From NCBI RefSeq assembly GCF_002113885.1, contig NW_018404995.1:198835-262834 (forward strand): a DNA stretch of 64,000 nucleotides. Direction: 5' to 3'. The DNA is from Mizuhopecten yessoensis. Taxonomy: Eukaryota. Under the pieces are notes generated by a model that ran no database searches, was not told the origin of the DNA, and saw nothing but the letters and a program-made list of their open reading frames with translations. The position numbers and the translations under genes are program-made. Positions 25,361 through 48,400 of this stretch are shown here, piece by piece (position 1 is the stretch's first letter; every line of letters begins with the position of its first letter).

Positions 25361-28249
25361 ACTATAATTACCTACCTGGTACATTATCACTCACATTTCT
25401 CAGGACCCGATATTTCCATCACAGACAGCTTACCGAAGACCTCATGCGTTAATCACAGAGGACAACGGATGAGCACTGTAAGTAATTGACATCGGGATAC
25501 TCACCTCGGGCTCATCACAAGCACCTCACACATACAGCTTACCAAGGTCTTACTTGAGTACCAATTTATCAACAAAGCACACCTGACCGTTTTAGCACCC
25601 AGGACCTACAGTACGCATAAAGTATACAACATGCACAACAGATTAAACATGGCAGGGTTACTTACAACACATATTCTAGAACAGAGTTCTTAGAGAAATA
25701 AATTACTCGCATATAAAAATGTACACATAATTTTATGATAATAATTAGCAGTAGCAAGAACAGGTATCTTGTTGTCACAAAATACATATCACGAGTTCAT
25801 TTAGAATACTTAAAATGTACTCGGTATGATAATATAATTGAACTGTTTCTATTTTGCAGAACTCGGAGCTGATATGATGTTAACAATTAGAAACTAGAAC
25901 AAATATGTAAATTTTGGATATGTTTAACTCCAGGAGAGAATTAACAGTCGAAATGTTTGATTATATGGAGAATGTTGTTAGCAGACTTTAAAAAAAATAT
26001 ACTGTAATCATGTTTGGCTGACAAAGTCTTAGATTCATCATTTGTTCATTTCTCACAAGCATACCAGAATATCTGGAGTTAGTACATTATACAATGAAAT
26101 TTCACAAATCCCTGAAGATGCAGTGTCAAGTATCCAAAAGGTCCAATATTAAAGACAATCATTTAAGTACATACCGAAATACAAAATTAAGAATGTAGGT
26201 GGGGGTAGACTACAGTTATGATTGTACTTAACATTGCAAATTCATGTTTACATATATATAGCACATTTCTAATAGTATACAAGCATACAGTTCAATGACT
26301 TTGTGGCAAATAAGTATCAATCTGCAGACATACACCTATCACACTTCTGAAGTCTTATTTTTACATTATGCTTGATTGACAGAACAGAAACACACTACTT
26401 TTACACAACAGAACACCTTACACATTAATTTATTGAGTTGATCGATAGCATTATATTGCACTGCTACATGTAGTATGTTATTTCAACATTGCAGCACACT
26501 GTATCACTAGGCAGCACACTGTATTACTAGGCAGCACACTGAATCACTAGTACTATTTCTGCAGCATTGTACTTATTACAAGGGTAGTTTCCGGAGCCTA
26601 ACAGCTGGCAGTACAGGGTATCATGCCCTGTACCATGTCAAGCACTCCCTTCAATCTTCATATTCTGTTTTCTTTAATACGTGTACAGATTCATCAGTGC
26701 TAAAGCCAAAACCTTTCCTACCCCAGTACATATTATATTCCAACTCAGGAAAGATGAAGAAGCCAAACACAACCCAATACCAGCAATGTCACATTTACAC
26801 TCACACTTATAATAATGTGATACATATTTGTCTTACAAAGCCCAACCTCAGTTACATATAAATACATCTCTCTCCTCTACATAGTAACAAGGCCAAACCT
26901 TCTAGCAGGTAACTTAACAAACAGCAGTGAGACTAATGCCTGCACAGGTCCCCGTAGATCCAGCTAAATATCACCAGCTAATTACTTCATAATATACAAA
27001 ATATATAAATACAAATCCCTGTGCAAATGATAATGTGGCAAAAGATTCAATCACACATTCCAATCAATCAACACTTGTATACTTCAACAAACGTTCTACT
27101 GCCGCAGTGCGGACACTACACTATAAAGGCTTTAGGACTTAGCCACAAACTTTCACACCACAGTTTGACACACACATATCTACCACTCACATCACAGTCT
27201 TGTATATATACCAACCATTCCATACTGGCCACACTTGTAATACTGTATCCAATACAGAGTCAAATGCCACAATTCTATATTATATTACAGAGTTTAAAAT
27301 TCATACTATTTGTACAAGTATATATAGATCATAATTGTATTTCATTCAATACTCTATATTGTTAGGCTTCTAGTCAAATTAATATATGTACCATTCCATG
27401 GTAATACTATTACTGTATTAACTAACCTGGGCAGTGGTCCATCAGCTGAACATCTATCCCAGATATCTATAGCTGAATCGAAGAACTATACTAAGCTAGG
27501 CTTACAAAAATATGCCCATTTAATCATTGTAGCCAACATTGCCACCTTCAACTTTTTCAAAAAGCAGATTTTTGTTGGAGATCCAGTCAAGGATGTGGTT
27601 ATAAGGATGTGCTGACTCCTTGGCAAAGTTATAATACAGTTTACAAGTTCCATTGATAAAAGTTTAGTCCATGAAAAGATTGCCAAGCAGAAATATCAGA
27701 AGTTATTTTTAATTCCTATGATTTATGTCAAATGTTGGAAGAGCACTGTCATGGTGGTGATTTGTAACACAATACAGACACACCTGTCATGGCTGTTAAG
27801 TAATGTGACTACTAAAACAGTAAGCCAAACTTAACATAGCCCTTGTTGATCAGTTAGTATGGGGTCTGTCCCTGAACAAATATATTGAATCAGCATTCTA
27901 GATTCACATTCGCTTCTATAATATTGTTGGTTAAGCATACCAAGTTTCAAAATAATCAGAAGTCAAGATAAACGAAGGAAAAGCTCTCAAACCAGATTCT
28001 TTCTGTGGATATAGGGATAGACAGACAAATTGATTGGAGTATAACCCCCCACCAACCTTGTTGTGGGATATACTATACAGAAGGGTATAGTCATTGTACT
28101 ATACACCCCAGGAGACTCATAAGGTGTGCATTGCGACACTCACAGCTACAGTTAGCACAGCAACCAATATATTAACTAGTAAAAATCTATTTTTTTGATT
28201 CAACTAATCTAAACTAACAACCAACAATAATTGTGCCTTAACACTCTGG

Positions 28250-29925
28250 TACAATCCACACTGACGGCGTCGAACTGCAAGATTACAATCCACACTGATT
28301 TTGTTACATCAACAGATTACAATCCACACTGATGGTGTCCCACCACAAGATTACAATCCAAACTGATGGTGTGACACCACAAGATTACAATCCACACTGA
28401 TGTCGTGACACCACAAGATTACAATCCACACTGATGGTGTCACACCAAAAGATTACAATCCACACTGATGGTGTGACACCACAAGATTACAATCCACAAA
28501 GACTGTCACCACAAGATTACAATCCACACTGATGGTGTGACATCACAAGATTACAAACCACACAGACAGTGTCACCACAAGATTACCATCCACACTGATG
28601 CTGTGACACCACAAGATTACAATCCACACTGATTTTGTTACATCAACAGATTACAATCCACACTGATGGTGTCCCACCACAAGATTACAATCCAAACTGA
28701 TGGTGTGACACCACAAGATTACAATCCACACTGATGCTGTGACACCACAAGATTACAATCCACACTGATTTTGTTACATCAACAGATTACAATCCACACT
28801 GATGGTGTCCCACCACAAGATTACCATCCACACTGATGGTGTCACACCGCAAGATTACAATCAACACAGACAGTGTCACACCACAAGATTACAATCCACA
28901 CTGATGGTGTGACACCACAAGATTACAAACCACACAGACAGTGTCACCACAAGATTACCATCCACACTGATGCTGTGACACCACAAGATTACAATCCACA
29001 CTGATGGTGTCACACCCCAAGATTACAATCCACACTGATGGTGTCACACCGCAAGATTACAATCAACACAGACAGTGTCACACCACAAGATTACAATCCA
29101 CACTGATGGTGTCACACCACAAGATTACCATCCACACTGATGGTGTCACACCGCAAGATTACAATCCACACGGACAGTGTCACACCACAAGATTACAAAT
29201 CACACTGATGGTGTGACACCACAAGATTACAATCCACACTGATGGTGTCACACCAAAAGATTACAATCCAAACTGATGGTGTGACACCACAAGATTACAA
29301 TCCACATTGATGGTGTGACACCACAAGATTACAATCCACAAAGACTGTCACCACAAGATTACAATCCACACTGATGGTGTGACACCACAAGATTACAAAC
29401 CACACTGATGGTGTGACACCACAAGATTACAAACCACACAGACAGTGTCACCACAAGATTACCATCCACACTGATGCTGTGACACCACAAGATTACAATC
29501 CACACTGATGTCGTGACACCACAAGATTACAATCCACACTGATGGTGTGACACCACAAGATTACAAACCACACTGATGGTGTGACATCACAAGATTACAA
29601 ACCACACAGACAGTGTCACCACAAGATTACCATCCACACTGATGCTGTGACACCACAATATTACAATCCACACTGATGGTGTGACACCACAATATTACAA
29701 TCCACACTGATGTCGTGACACCACAAGATTACAATCCACACTGATGGTGTGACATCACAAGATTACAATCCACACTGATGGTGTCATACCACAAGATTAC
29801 AATCCACACTGATGGTGTCACACCACAAGATTACAATCCACACTGATGGTGTCACACCACAAGATTACAATCCACACAGACAGTGTCACACCACAAGATT
29901 ACTATCCACACTGATGGTGTCATGC
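28250..29925. repeat. 32-34-bp minisatellite, ~50 copies
   Basis: Unit cacaagattacaatccacactgatggtgtgacac with variant subtypes. Confidence 0.92.
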
Positions 29926-30845
29926 AAGACAGTACATTTTCTTACTTTTCTTTAGAACTCAATGTACATCGGATGACATTGTTTCTCATACAATGGGAAT
30001 GACGACACATACCAACTTATACATATATCTGTCGTCACAAGTTCATTGTCTCAAAGTAGAGTCAAAAACACCTCATAGCTAACCAGTACACATACTCTGG
30101 TAAATACCAACTTATACATGTATCTGTCGTCACAAATTCATTGTCTCAAAGTACAGTCTAAAACACCTCATAGCTTACCACCACACACCAGAACCTCAAA
30201 TTATCCAAACCTTCAGTGTGTCCCCAATTTATTACTAATCTTTTAAATCATTGCCTTTTTACAATAAGCTTAAACAAGTACACACAAATATGTTTGATCG
30301 GCCATACAATACCACCTCTACTTGTTACTCAAATGTATACACAATGATCAACATCATCTACCTGTTTGTGGTAATCAGAAGCACCTGAATGTCACGTACA
30401 AATAAATACTTGTCCTCAAATTTGTTCAGATATGTGGCACTGTACTGTAAACTACAGTAGTATTCATATAGGACATATGTCTGTATAGGAAATCTAGTCA
30501 TGGTGATAGTAACGAGTCTCTATGTATAGTCTGTAAGTCAGAAGCAACAGTGGTAATGCTGGCAGTAACGAGCAGGTTCACTACTTGTGGCTTTCAAATC
30601 CCAGGCATTGATGTGTATGTTGGCTATATCTACCAGACTTTCCAGTTTGTATTTCTGAAGAGGTGTTATTTCCTTTCTTGACTTATTTCCTTTTAGTCTA
30701 TAGATTTGAGACAAGGAGTTGAAGACCCCAACAGTCATGAATACAGTGTTCATTTGTTCAGCTTTACAAAGCAGAGTCAGTCCACACACAACAGAAATAA
30801 ATCAATACAGTCGCATCACACTTGAGCACTAAGTTTCAACCGGGG

Positions 30846-40418
<9,573 letters not shown>

Positions 40419-40741
40419 CCCAGGGCTCTTCTTCCTCGAAATGGAAGAATGTTTTTCATATCTAAAGTAGGACCCATCGGCTCAATGTAAACTTCAACAA
40501 AGATGCGCTGCGAGACAAAAAATACGAATATTTTGCGCATAATCTGTGTCGCTTCCGTTTCCGTTGTTACCTCAAACTGTTCATAGAAGACCCACCCACA
40601 TGACTTTATTCGTGCTTGACCTCCTTGTCACCTATTATAATTGAGTTAACATAGCAAGACCCTATATATTTATGTCTATTTTCAAATATTTTCACAACAA
40701 TCGATATTGAAGGAGATTTTGTTGGATTCTGTTAGGAAGGT
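40419..40741. promoter_or_regulatory. Putative compact bidirectional promoter between USP22 and DHRS7B, with a candidate DHRS7B 5' non-coding exon ending at 40739
   Basis: Head-to-head genes, local CpG enrichment, ETS-like cttccg/tttccg at ~40552-40563, and a strong donor AAG|GTAAGG at 40739/40740. Confidence 0.5.
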
Positions 40742-40981
40742 AAGGCACTATTTTGCTGTGGCTAACGTAAGGCTACTTTCATTTTGGCTTGCTGCACAAA
40801 AGCTTTCCATCCTACAGGTTTTACGATTTCTATACGGGAGGATATTTCACATCCGTCGTATTATAAACATCCGTGTTGATTTTAATAAGAATTGGCAACA
40901 ACTCATAATAGCCAGTGATACTTTTGTAACACAAAACCTTGGTGCGTTACACTTTGCCTAGTTTTTTTTACAGTAATCCAC

Positions 40982-42390
40982 TAACGTTAGTGCAGGCATA
41001 TTCGCCATGCAACAAAATTCGACACCCTGTGACGAAAATGCCATATGACGTCATAATACATAAGATGTGACGTAAATAATGCACCATAGTCTTCAACACA
41101 GTTACAGCCTTCAAATATTTTGACAAGTAGAGATATAAGAAGGGAAATCTATACTTTTAATCAAAGCAGTTATGAAATATCTTGTAACAAAACAAATCTT
41201 CAAAATTTGGTCTGTGCAACGGACATCTCGTCAACTAAACTCATTAATCTGAGGCTAGTTGGTTGTATTTAGTGTACATTTATTACATACACATGAAAAT
41301 ACCCATATCTTAACGCTAATTGCAGTGAATGTAAGTAAATTGTTTGTTTTCTACAATTCTACTTTGGTACATGTACAATGTACTGACGATCCACTGCGAG
41401 TTTATGGAAAGATCCGCGATTTGATAATTCGTCAGTTTTCATTTTCATGCAATGTGTATTTAGAATACAATCAACCAGTATCTTTTTAAAAGTATTGTTT
41501 GCATCTTACATTCAACAATCTTACAACACTTAAATTAAAATATCATCTAGAAAATTTCTAGATTTATATCTGAAAGGAATTTGTTGTCAGCCTGAAATTG
41601 CTGCTGTACAATCGCATGCTGATTGAACATAGAGACCGACAGTTACCAAAGACTGATTTTTACATGAAAAAGTAAGTACATTTACAACACCTGGCCGGGC
41701 AGTCTTTGTTGAATAAGTTTTCAAGCCCAAGAAAATCGTTAATTTGTGAGATCAGATGTTTCCTGCTGACGTGCAAGAATATCGGAGACGTACATGTGAC
41801 AAATTATCAAAAAAGTCGGGGGGGGGGCGATTGTTGAAAGCCCTGGACCCTCTCATCCTGACCCCCTGACCCGATGAAAAATATAATATTGGGCAGCGAT
41901 TTGAAAGTTTAAATTTGTTAAGGACTGAGTCTTTATTGCGTATCATGTAATGACATCATCTCAGCCGATACCCGTCATCTTTCTTAAACAACGTTTATCA
42001 GTTTCTTCAAGTTACCGAAAACTAACTATCACAACTAAGAAAAACGATGTATTTCAATGTTAGTCATTGTTACACACACACATTTGGAGCTGTTCGTATC
42101 AGTACAGCTTGTGTAACATAAACATGATTTTTTTTATATTTAAACACTTAGATTACTTGTAAATAAGTTAAATGTTTGATGGTGGCGAAACTGCCTGCAC
42201 CTTTGAGCAAAACCACGGAAGGCCTGATGACGTCACAAATGTTGCGTGTTTACAACAATGTTTATTTATAGGCATTTCAGTCGAATCTTCTTCTGTATTG
42301 GTGCTCGTCGGCATTTTGATACATGCCTATTTGGTCGAATTATTAACAGAAAACCTTACTAATGTGACGAATTTGCCTTCACTGACGTTA
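40982..42390. mobile_element. ~1.4-kb non-autonomous TIR element upstream of the first DHRS7B coding exon
   Basis: Left 'taacgttagtgcaggcatattcgcca' matches the reverse complement of the right end, 'taacgtcagtgaaggcaaattcgtca'. Its right ~370 bp recurs at ~58720-59101. Confidence 0.7.
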
Positions 42391-42478
42391 TAGTTGAGAT
42401 CGCAGCTAGTTTATTGTAGTTAAGGTAATATACATGTGCATGTACTATATATGTATGTTTTGCAACTTTTTGTAGGTG

Positions 42479-45400
42479 ATGGGTTGGGAGACTGTATGTA
42501 GCATCATAGGAGCCCCACTGGGTTTTGCCTGTTTTCTTTACTTTGTGTGGACACACAAGAGCAGAAAAAACATTGTAGGCAAAACTGTCCTAATCACAGG
42601 GGCAAGCTCAGGCCTTGGAGAAGGTTGGTCATTTATCATTATGATCTTCTTTGTAAATTGTGATTATTACAGATTAAATTATCAACACAAATACACAAAA
42701 ATAGTGTTATTCAGGTGTTTATTCCTGTTAAGCTGCCATACATGTACATGCCTGAAACATTTCAGCTCTCTTGTTTCATTTCTCTGTTGTACCACTATAC
42801 ATTATTATCCCCCGCTTTCACCGAAATGGGGAATATTAATTTGGGTTTGTCTGTCTGTCTGTCAAGCTTTGTTTCTGTGCAATAACTACAACAAATGTTA
42901 ACCGATTTTCTTCAAACTTGGTCACAGGGTTAAATGCCTTAAGGGCTCGGCCCCTTGAATAACAAAAACGTCATTATCCGCTGTGCTTCGTTTCTGTGCA
43001 ATAACTACAACAACTGTTAACCAATTTTCTTCAAACTTGGTCACGGGGTTAAATGCCTTAAGGGCTCAGCCAAGTTTGATGACCAGATTTGATTAGCAGA
43101 ATAATGGCCCCTTGATTAACGAAAAACGTCATTATTTGCAGTTTCCGCTTTGTAACTCTAGCAAATATTAGCCAAATTCCTTCAAACTTGATAACAATTC
43201 TTGTGTTCCTCTGTCTTTCCACCCATCTCGATCACCCTTTGGTTTTTGTGTGATAAATGCTGTAGATATTGTTCAGATGTTTCAACCAAATTCCATATGC
43301 ACATCCGTCTCAAACTAAGTTTGCCAACCGATGAGGGAATATTTACGGATAATCAATGAGGTATAGGGCTTTTTTTTTCTTCAAGTTTCAAGCTATACAT
43401 TATGTCTCAACAGCATGATACTTGCATGTTTAAACCTAACCTCAATAATGTTAACCTACGATATGTTCTGCAAGTGGGGGATATAAATTCCATGAATTTG
43501 CTTGTTGTATTTTACAAGGATAATACTTGTAGCATTGTTATGTTATAGGAAGGAGAGTAGTGTTCTTCCACTGCAGCTTTACCAATTGAGCTAAAGGGAA
43601 ATTCCCTGAAGCACAAAGCTATAAGGCAACCATAGTCCTATGTACAATTAAAAGCTGCCACATCACTTTTCTTTCTTTAAACATGTTCACCATCAAACAC
43701 CAAGGCTAGCGCTCTTAATCTCTGTTGCCAGGGATTAGGTGACACAGTCACCATTTGAAACAAGGCAGAGGCTACTAGGTTATATGTCTTGTATTATCAC
43801 AATGTGAAATACAGAAAATTGTATTGCATGGCCTGAAAATTAATAAAGTACATTTTGTCCAATTATATAGCACGCTGTATACCTGTATAAAGTACACTGT
43901 GCATTTGTAATATACATGTACACTTGTAGTAAGTTGTCTAGTGTGGTACATAGTTTACATACATATATATATACAGCTCACTCCTATATAGCATACTTAC
44001 TATTTATGTAGTACAGTACAATATGCTCTCATATGTAGTACACTTCTTTATTTTTTTAATGGTGCTGACCAGCTTGTGCCAAGGAATTCCACAAAGCAGG
44101 ATGCAGAGTGGTCCTGGCTGGCAGAAACCAAAGTCAACTGGACAGGGTCAAGGGTCAACTGCTGCAGCTAAAAAAGGTGTTTTGTTAGATACATTTTCAT
44201 AAAGTCAAATTTGCTTGGACATTTAGGGAAAAAATGAGATGAAAAGAGTTCAAGATATTAGATATAGATATAAATGAATGTGTATAAACAATTTAATGAT
44301 AGTGGTAGTTTGTATGAGATGCTGGTAATTTATGTATTGGTATTTTCTTTATATAAAAGGATTGACACATGTGATGTCAGAGCTAATATTAAGGGAAACA
44401 ACTCTTTACAGCCTGCAGATGATAGAGAACCAGAGATAGCTCTGATGGACCTGGAAAACCTCAGCAGCCTGTCTGGTCAGGTAGACAATTTGATCCAACG
44501 AGTGGGACCCATTCACATCTTGGTTAACAATGCAGGAGTCAGTTCACGTGGACAGGTAGAGGACACCACTGTGGATGCCTTAATCAAGGTCATGACCGTC
44601 AACCTGTTTGGTCAGGTGGCAGTCACCAAAGGTCAGTAAAGGTCAATACAATCAGCTTAATTTATGTCATCTTATTTAAATTAATGAAAATGTCATAAAA
44701 AGCTCGTCAAATTCATCAAAGATCGGTCGATGTCACTTGAGACAAGTCAGTATCATCAAAAGATAGTCAATGTCACCAGTGTTAAAAAGTCACCTGAGGT
44801 AATATCATTTTCACAATAGTTTAGTCAATGTCACCAGAAGTCGGTCATTGTCATCAAAGATCAGTCAAACTTACCAAAGGTCAGTCAGTGACACCAGTGA
44901 TTAGTCAATAACACTAGAGGTTAGTCAACGATATCACACGTTAGTCAGTGACACCAGAGGTAATTCAATGTCACCAGAAGTCAGTCAATGTCATCAAAGG
45001 TCACTCACAGTTACCAGAGGACATCAAAGTAAATATCAGCAGATGTTGGTTAGACAGTAGAAACGAGTCAATTCAACAAGTGATTAGTCAATGATACCAG
45101 AGGTTAGTCAGTAACACTAGAGGTCAGTCAATGATACCAGAGGTTTGGTAGTAACACTAGAGGTCAGTCAATGATACCAGAGGTTAGTTAGTAACACAAG
45201 AGGTCAGTCAATGATACCAGAGGTTAGTTAGTAACACCAGAGGTCAGTCAATGATACCAGAGGTTAGTTAGTATCACTAGAGGTTAGTCAATGGTACCAG
45301 AGGTTAGTTAGTAACACTAGAGGGCAGTCAATGATACCAGAGGTTAGTCAGTAATACTAGAGGTCAGTCAAGGGTACCAGAGGTTTGGTAGTAACACTAG

Positions 45401-48400
45401 AGGTCAGTCAATGATTCCAGAGGTTAGTTAGTAACACTAGAGGTCAGTCAATGATTCCAGAGGTTAGTTAGTAACACTAGAGGTCAGTCAATGATTCCAG
45501 AGGTTAGTTAGTAACACTAGAGGTCAGTCAATGGTACCAGAGGGTAGTTAGTAACACTAGAGGTCAGTCAATGATACCAGAGGGTAGTTAGTAACACTAG
45601 AGGTCAGTCAATGATACCAGAGGTTAGTCACTAATACTAGAGGTCAGTCAATGGTACCAGAGGTTTTGTAGTAACACTAGAGGTCAGTCAATGGTACCAG
45701 AGGTTAGTTAGTAACACTAGAGGTCAGTCAATGATACCAGAGGTTAGTCAGTAATACTAGAGGTCAGTCAATGGTACCAGAGGTTTGGTAGTAACACTAG
45801 AGGTCAGTCAATGGTACCAGAGGTTAGTTAGTAACACTAGAGGTCAGTCAATGATACCAGAGGTTAGTTAGTAACACTAGAGGTCAGTCAATGATACCAG
45901 AGGTTAGTAATGACACCAGAGGTTAGAAATGACACCAGAGGTTAGAAATGATACCAGAGGTTAGAAATGACACCAGAAATGTGTCAGTAGTATGAGGGGT
46001 TAGTTAATGACACCAGAGATTAGTCAGTAACACTAGAGGTTAGTCAATGACACTAGAGGTTAGTCAATGACACCAGATGTCAGTTAATTGCACCAGAGAT
46101 TATTAAGCGACACTGGAGGTCAGTCAAGAAAACTTAATGTCAGTCAGTTAATGACACCAGAGATTTCTCAGTGACACTAGAGGTCAGTCAATGATACCAG
46201 ATATTAGTCAATGACACCAGATGTCAGTTAATGGCACCAGAGATTATTAAGCGACATTGGAGGTCAGTCAAGAAAACTTAATGTCAGTCAGTTAATGACA
46301 CCAGAGATTTCTCAGTGACACTAGAGGTCAGTCAATGACACCAGATACTAATCAATAACACTAGAAGTTAGTCAATGACACCAGAGGTCAGTTAATGACA
46401 CCAGAGGTTATTCTGTGACACTGGAGGTCAGTTAATGACACCATAGGTAAGTCAGTTGCACTTGGGGTTAATCAATGACAACAGAGGTCAGTTAATGACA
46501 CCAGAGGCTAGTCAATGACACCAGAGATTAGTCAATGACAATAGAGGTCAGTTAATGACACCAGATATTTGTCAGTGACATTACAGATTGATTAAAGAGG
46601 TTAGTCCATTTCACCAGAGGTTAGTAAGTTGCACTAGAGTTATTGTCAATAAGGGATTAGTCAATCTGTCACCCGAGGTGAGTCACTATCACAAGTTAGG
46701 GAAAACCAATCAGAGATTAGTCAATGTCACCAGAGGTCAATCAAAACCCTAGCTCTCAAGGGCCTTTGATGTAGCTTGCAAATGATGACATGAGAAAAAT
46801 ATATACCGAAAGTATTAATGATGACTCTCCATGCCCCTGCAGGTTTGAGGAAAGAACAGGCCTGCTGTATCCCACTACATCGCATTGAAGGCACTGAATG
46901 CCACTCCTTGCAGAATTGGAGATTTTCTTCTCTATATTTTGCTAATGGGGCTACATTTGGGATCATTTTATTTTCTCTTTGATTACCAAGAACCTTTTGC
47001 TAGTGCCTTGCTTGGCGACACCTCACTTTGGCTTTGGTGTTGAGCATTCACACAGGTGAGGAAGGCAATGGGTTCCGTCTACAGGCCAGGACATATCCTT
47101 AAAATGGTAGTTGTTATTCTCTGCTTCATGTTCAGCAATAGGTTTACTCATTGTCTGTATAATTTGACTGTGGAATGCTGTGCTGGGTGCTTTCAGCATA
47201 CCATTTCAGTGAGGTAGCACTCTGAAGTCGGCATCAGATTGACACTATCGCAAGATGGCATTTACACCAACATACCCTGCCTCCAGCACACATACATACA
47301 TATAGGATGTTACACCTAATAAAACCAAACCAACATACTTAAGTTTCAAATAATGTCACTTTAAAATTGCATTCTTTTCATTTGTAGCTTGCATGAATTT
47401 AAACTTTACTTTTAAGTCAATTTTACCATAATTGCAGTAAATTTTACCTGTCTTTTGGTTCTTTCAGCGGTTCTGTCTCACATGATATCTGCAGGAGAGG
47501 GCTCCATTGTAGGAATAAGCAGTATTCAGGGCAAAATTGCCATCCCCTACCGAGCTGCCTGTAAGTATCACTTCTGAATCATCCACAAAGCGTTAGGACA
47601 TAAACATGACACTATCAATGAAACACCACATAATTACTTAAAATCAAAAATCGTTCTAATGCTATTTATTTAATTAGGTAATAAACATGACATAATGAGA
47701 TCCATACCTTGTTATGGTTATGTATTGTTGAGTTGTGTGTGATTATGTATTGTTACTCTACTGTACACATCAAAACTATTTATCATACAAATGTAAAACT
47801 TTTATTGTACTCTGCATAACTTGTACGAGTGATACAGTTTACATGTACTTATTGGCCATGTTTCATTACCAACTTTTCATCGATGATTTTTCAACAATGG
47901 GGCAATAATGGAAATATTTGAATTAAATTTTACATACACAGTTACAAGTTGATGTACCATGTACTCAAAACATATACTGGTAGTAATTTCCAGAACTTTG
48001 GTCAAAATACCCAGGTCTAGCACAGGAGTGCACTGGGCAAAATACCCAGGTCTAACACAGGAGTGGACTGGGGGAAATACCCAGGTCTAGCACAGGAGTG
48101 CACTAGTCGAAATACCCAGGTCTAACCCAGGAGTGCACTGGTCAAAATACCCAGCTCTAACACAGGAGCGCACTGGTCAAAATATCCAGGTCTAGCACAG
48201 AAGTGCACTGGTCAAAATATCCAGGTCTAGCACAGAAGTGCACTGGTCAAAATATCCAGGTCTAGCACAGGAGTGCACTGGTCGAAATACCCAGGTCTAG
48301 TACAGGAGTGCACTGGTCAAAATATCCAGGTCTAGCACAGGAGTGCACTGGTCAAAATACCCAGGTCTAGCACAGTAGTGCACTGGTCAAAATACCCAGG

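Noticed and set aside
30340-30390. Alternative USP22 last exon (minus strand encodes YHKQV)
   Set aside because: It is out of frame with the nearby AG, giving GCF*. The exon at 30846-30888 supplies the canonical C-terminus.
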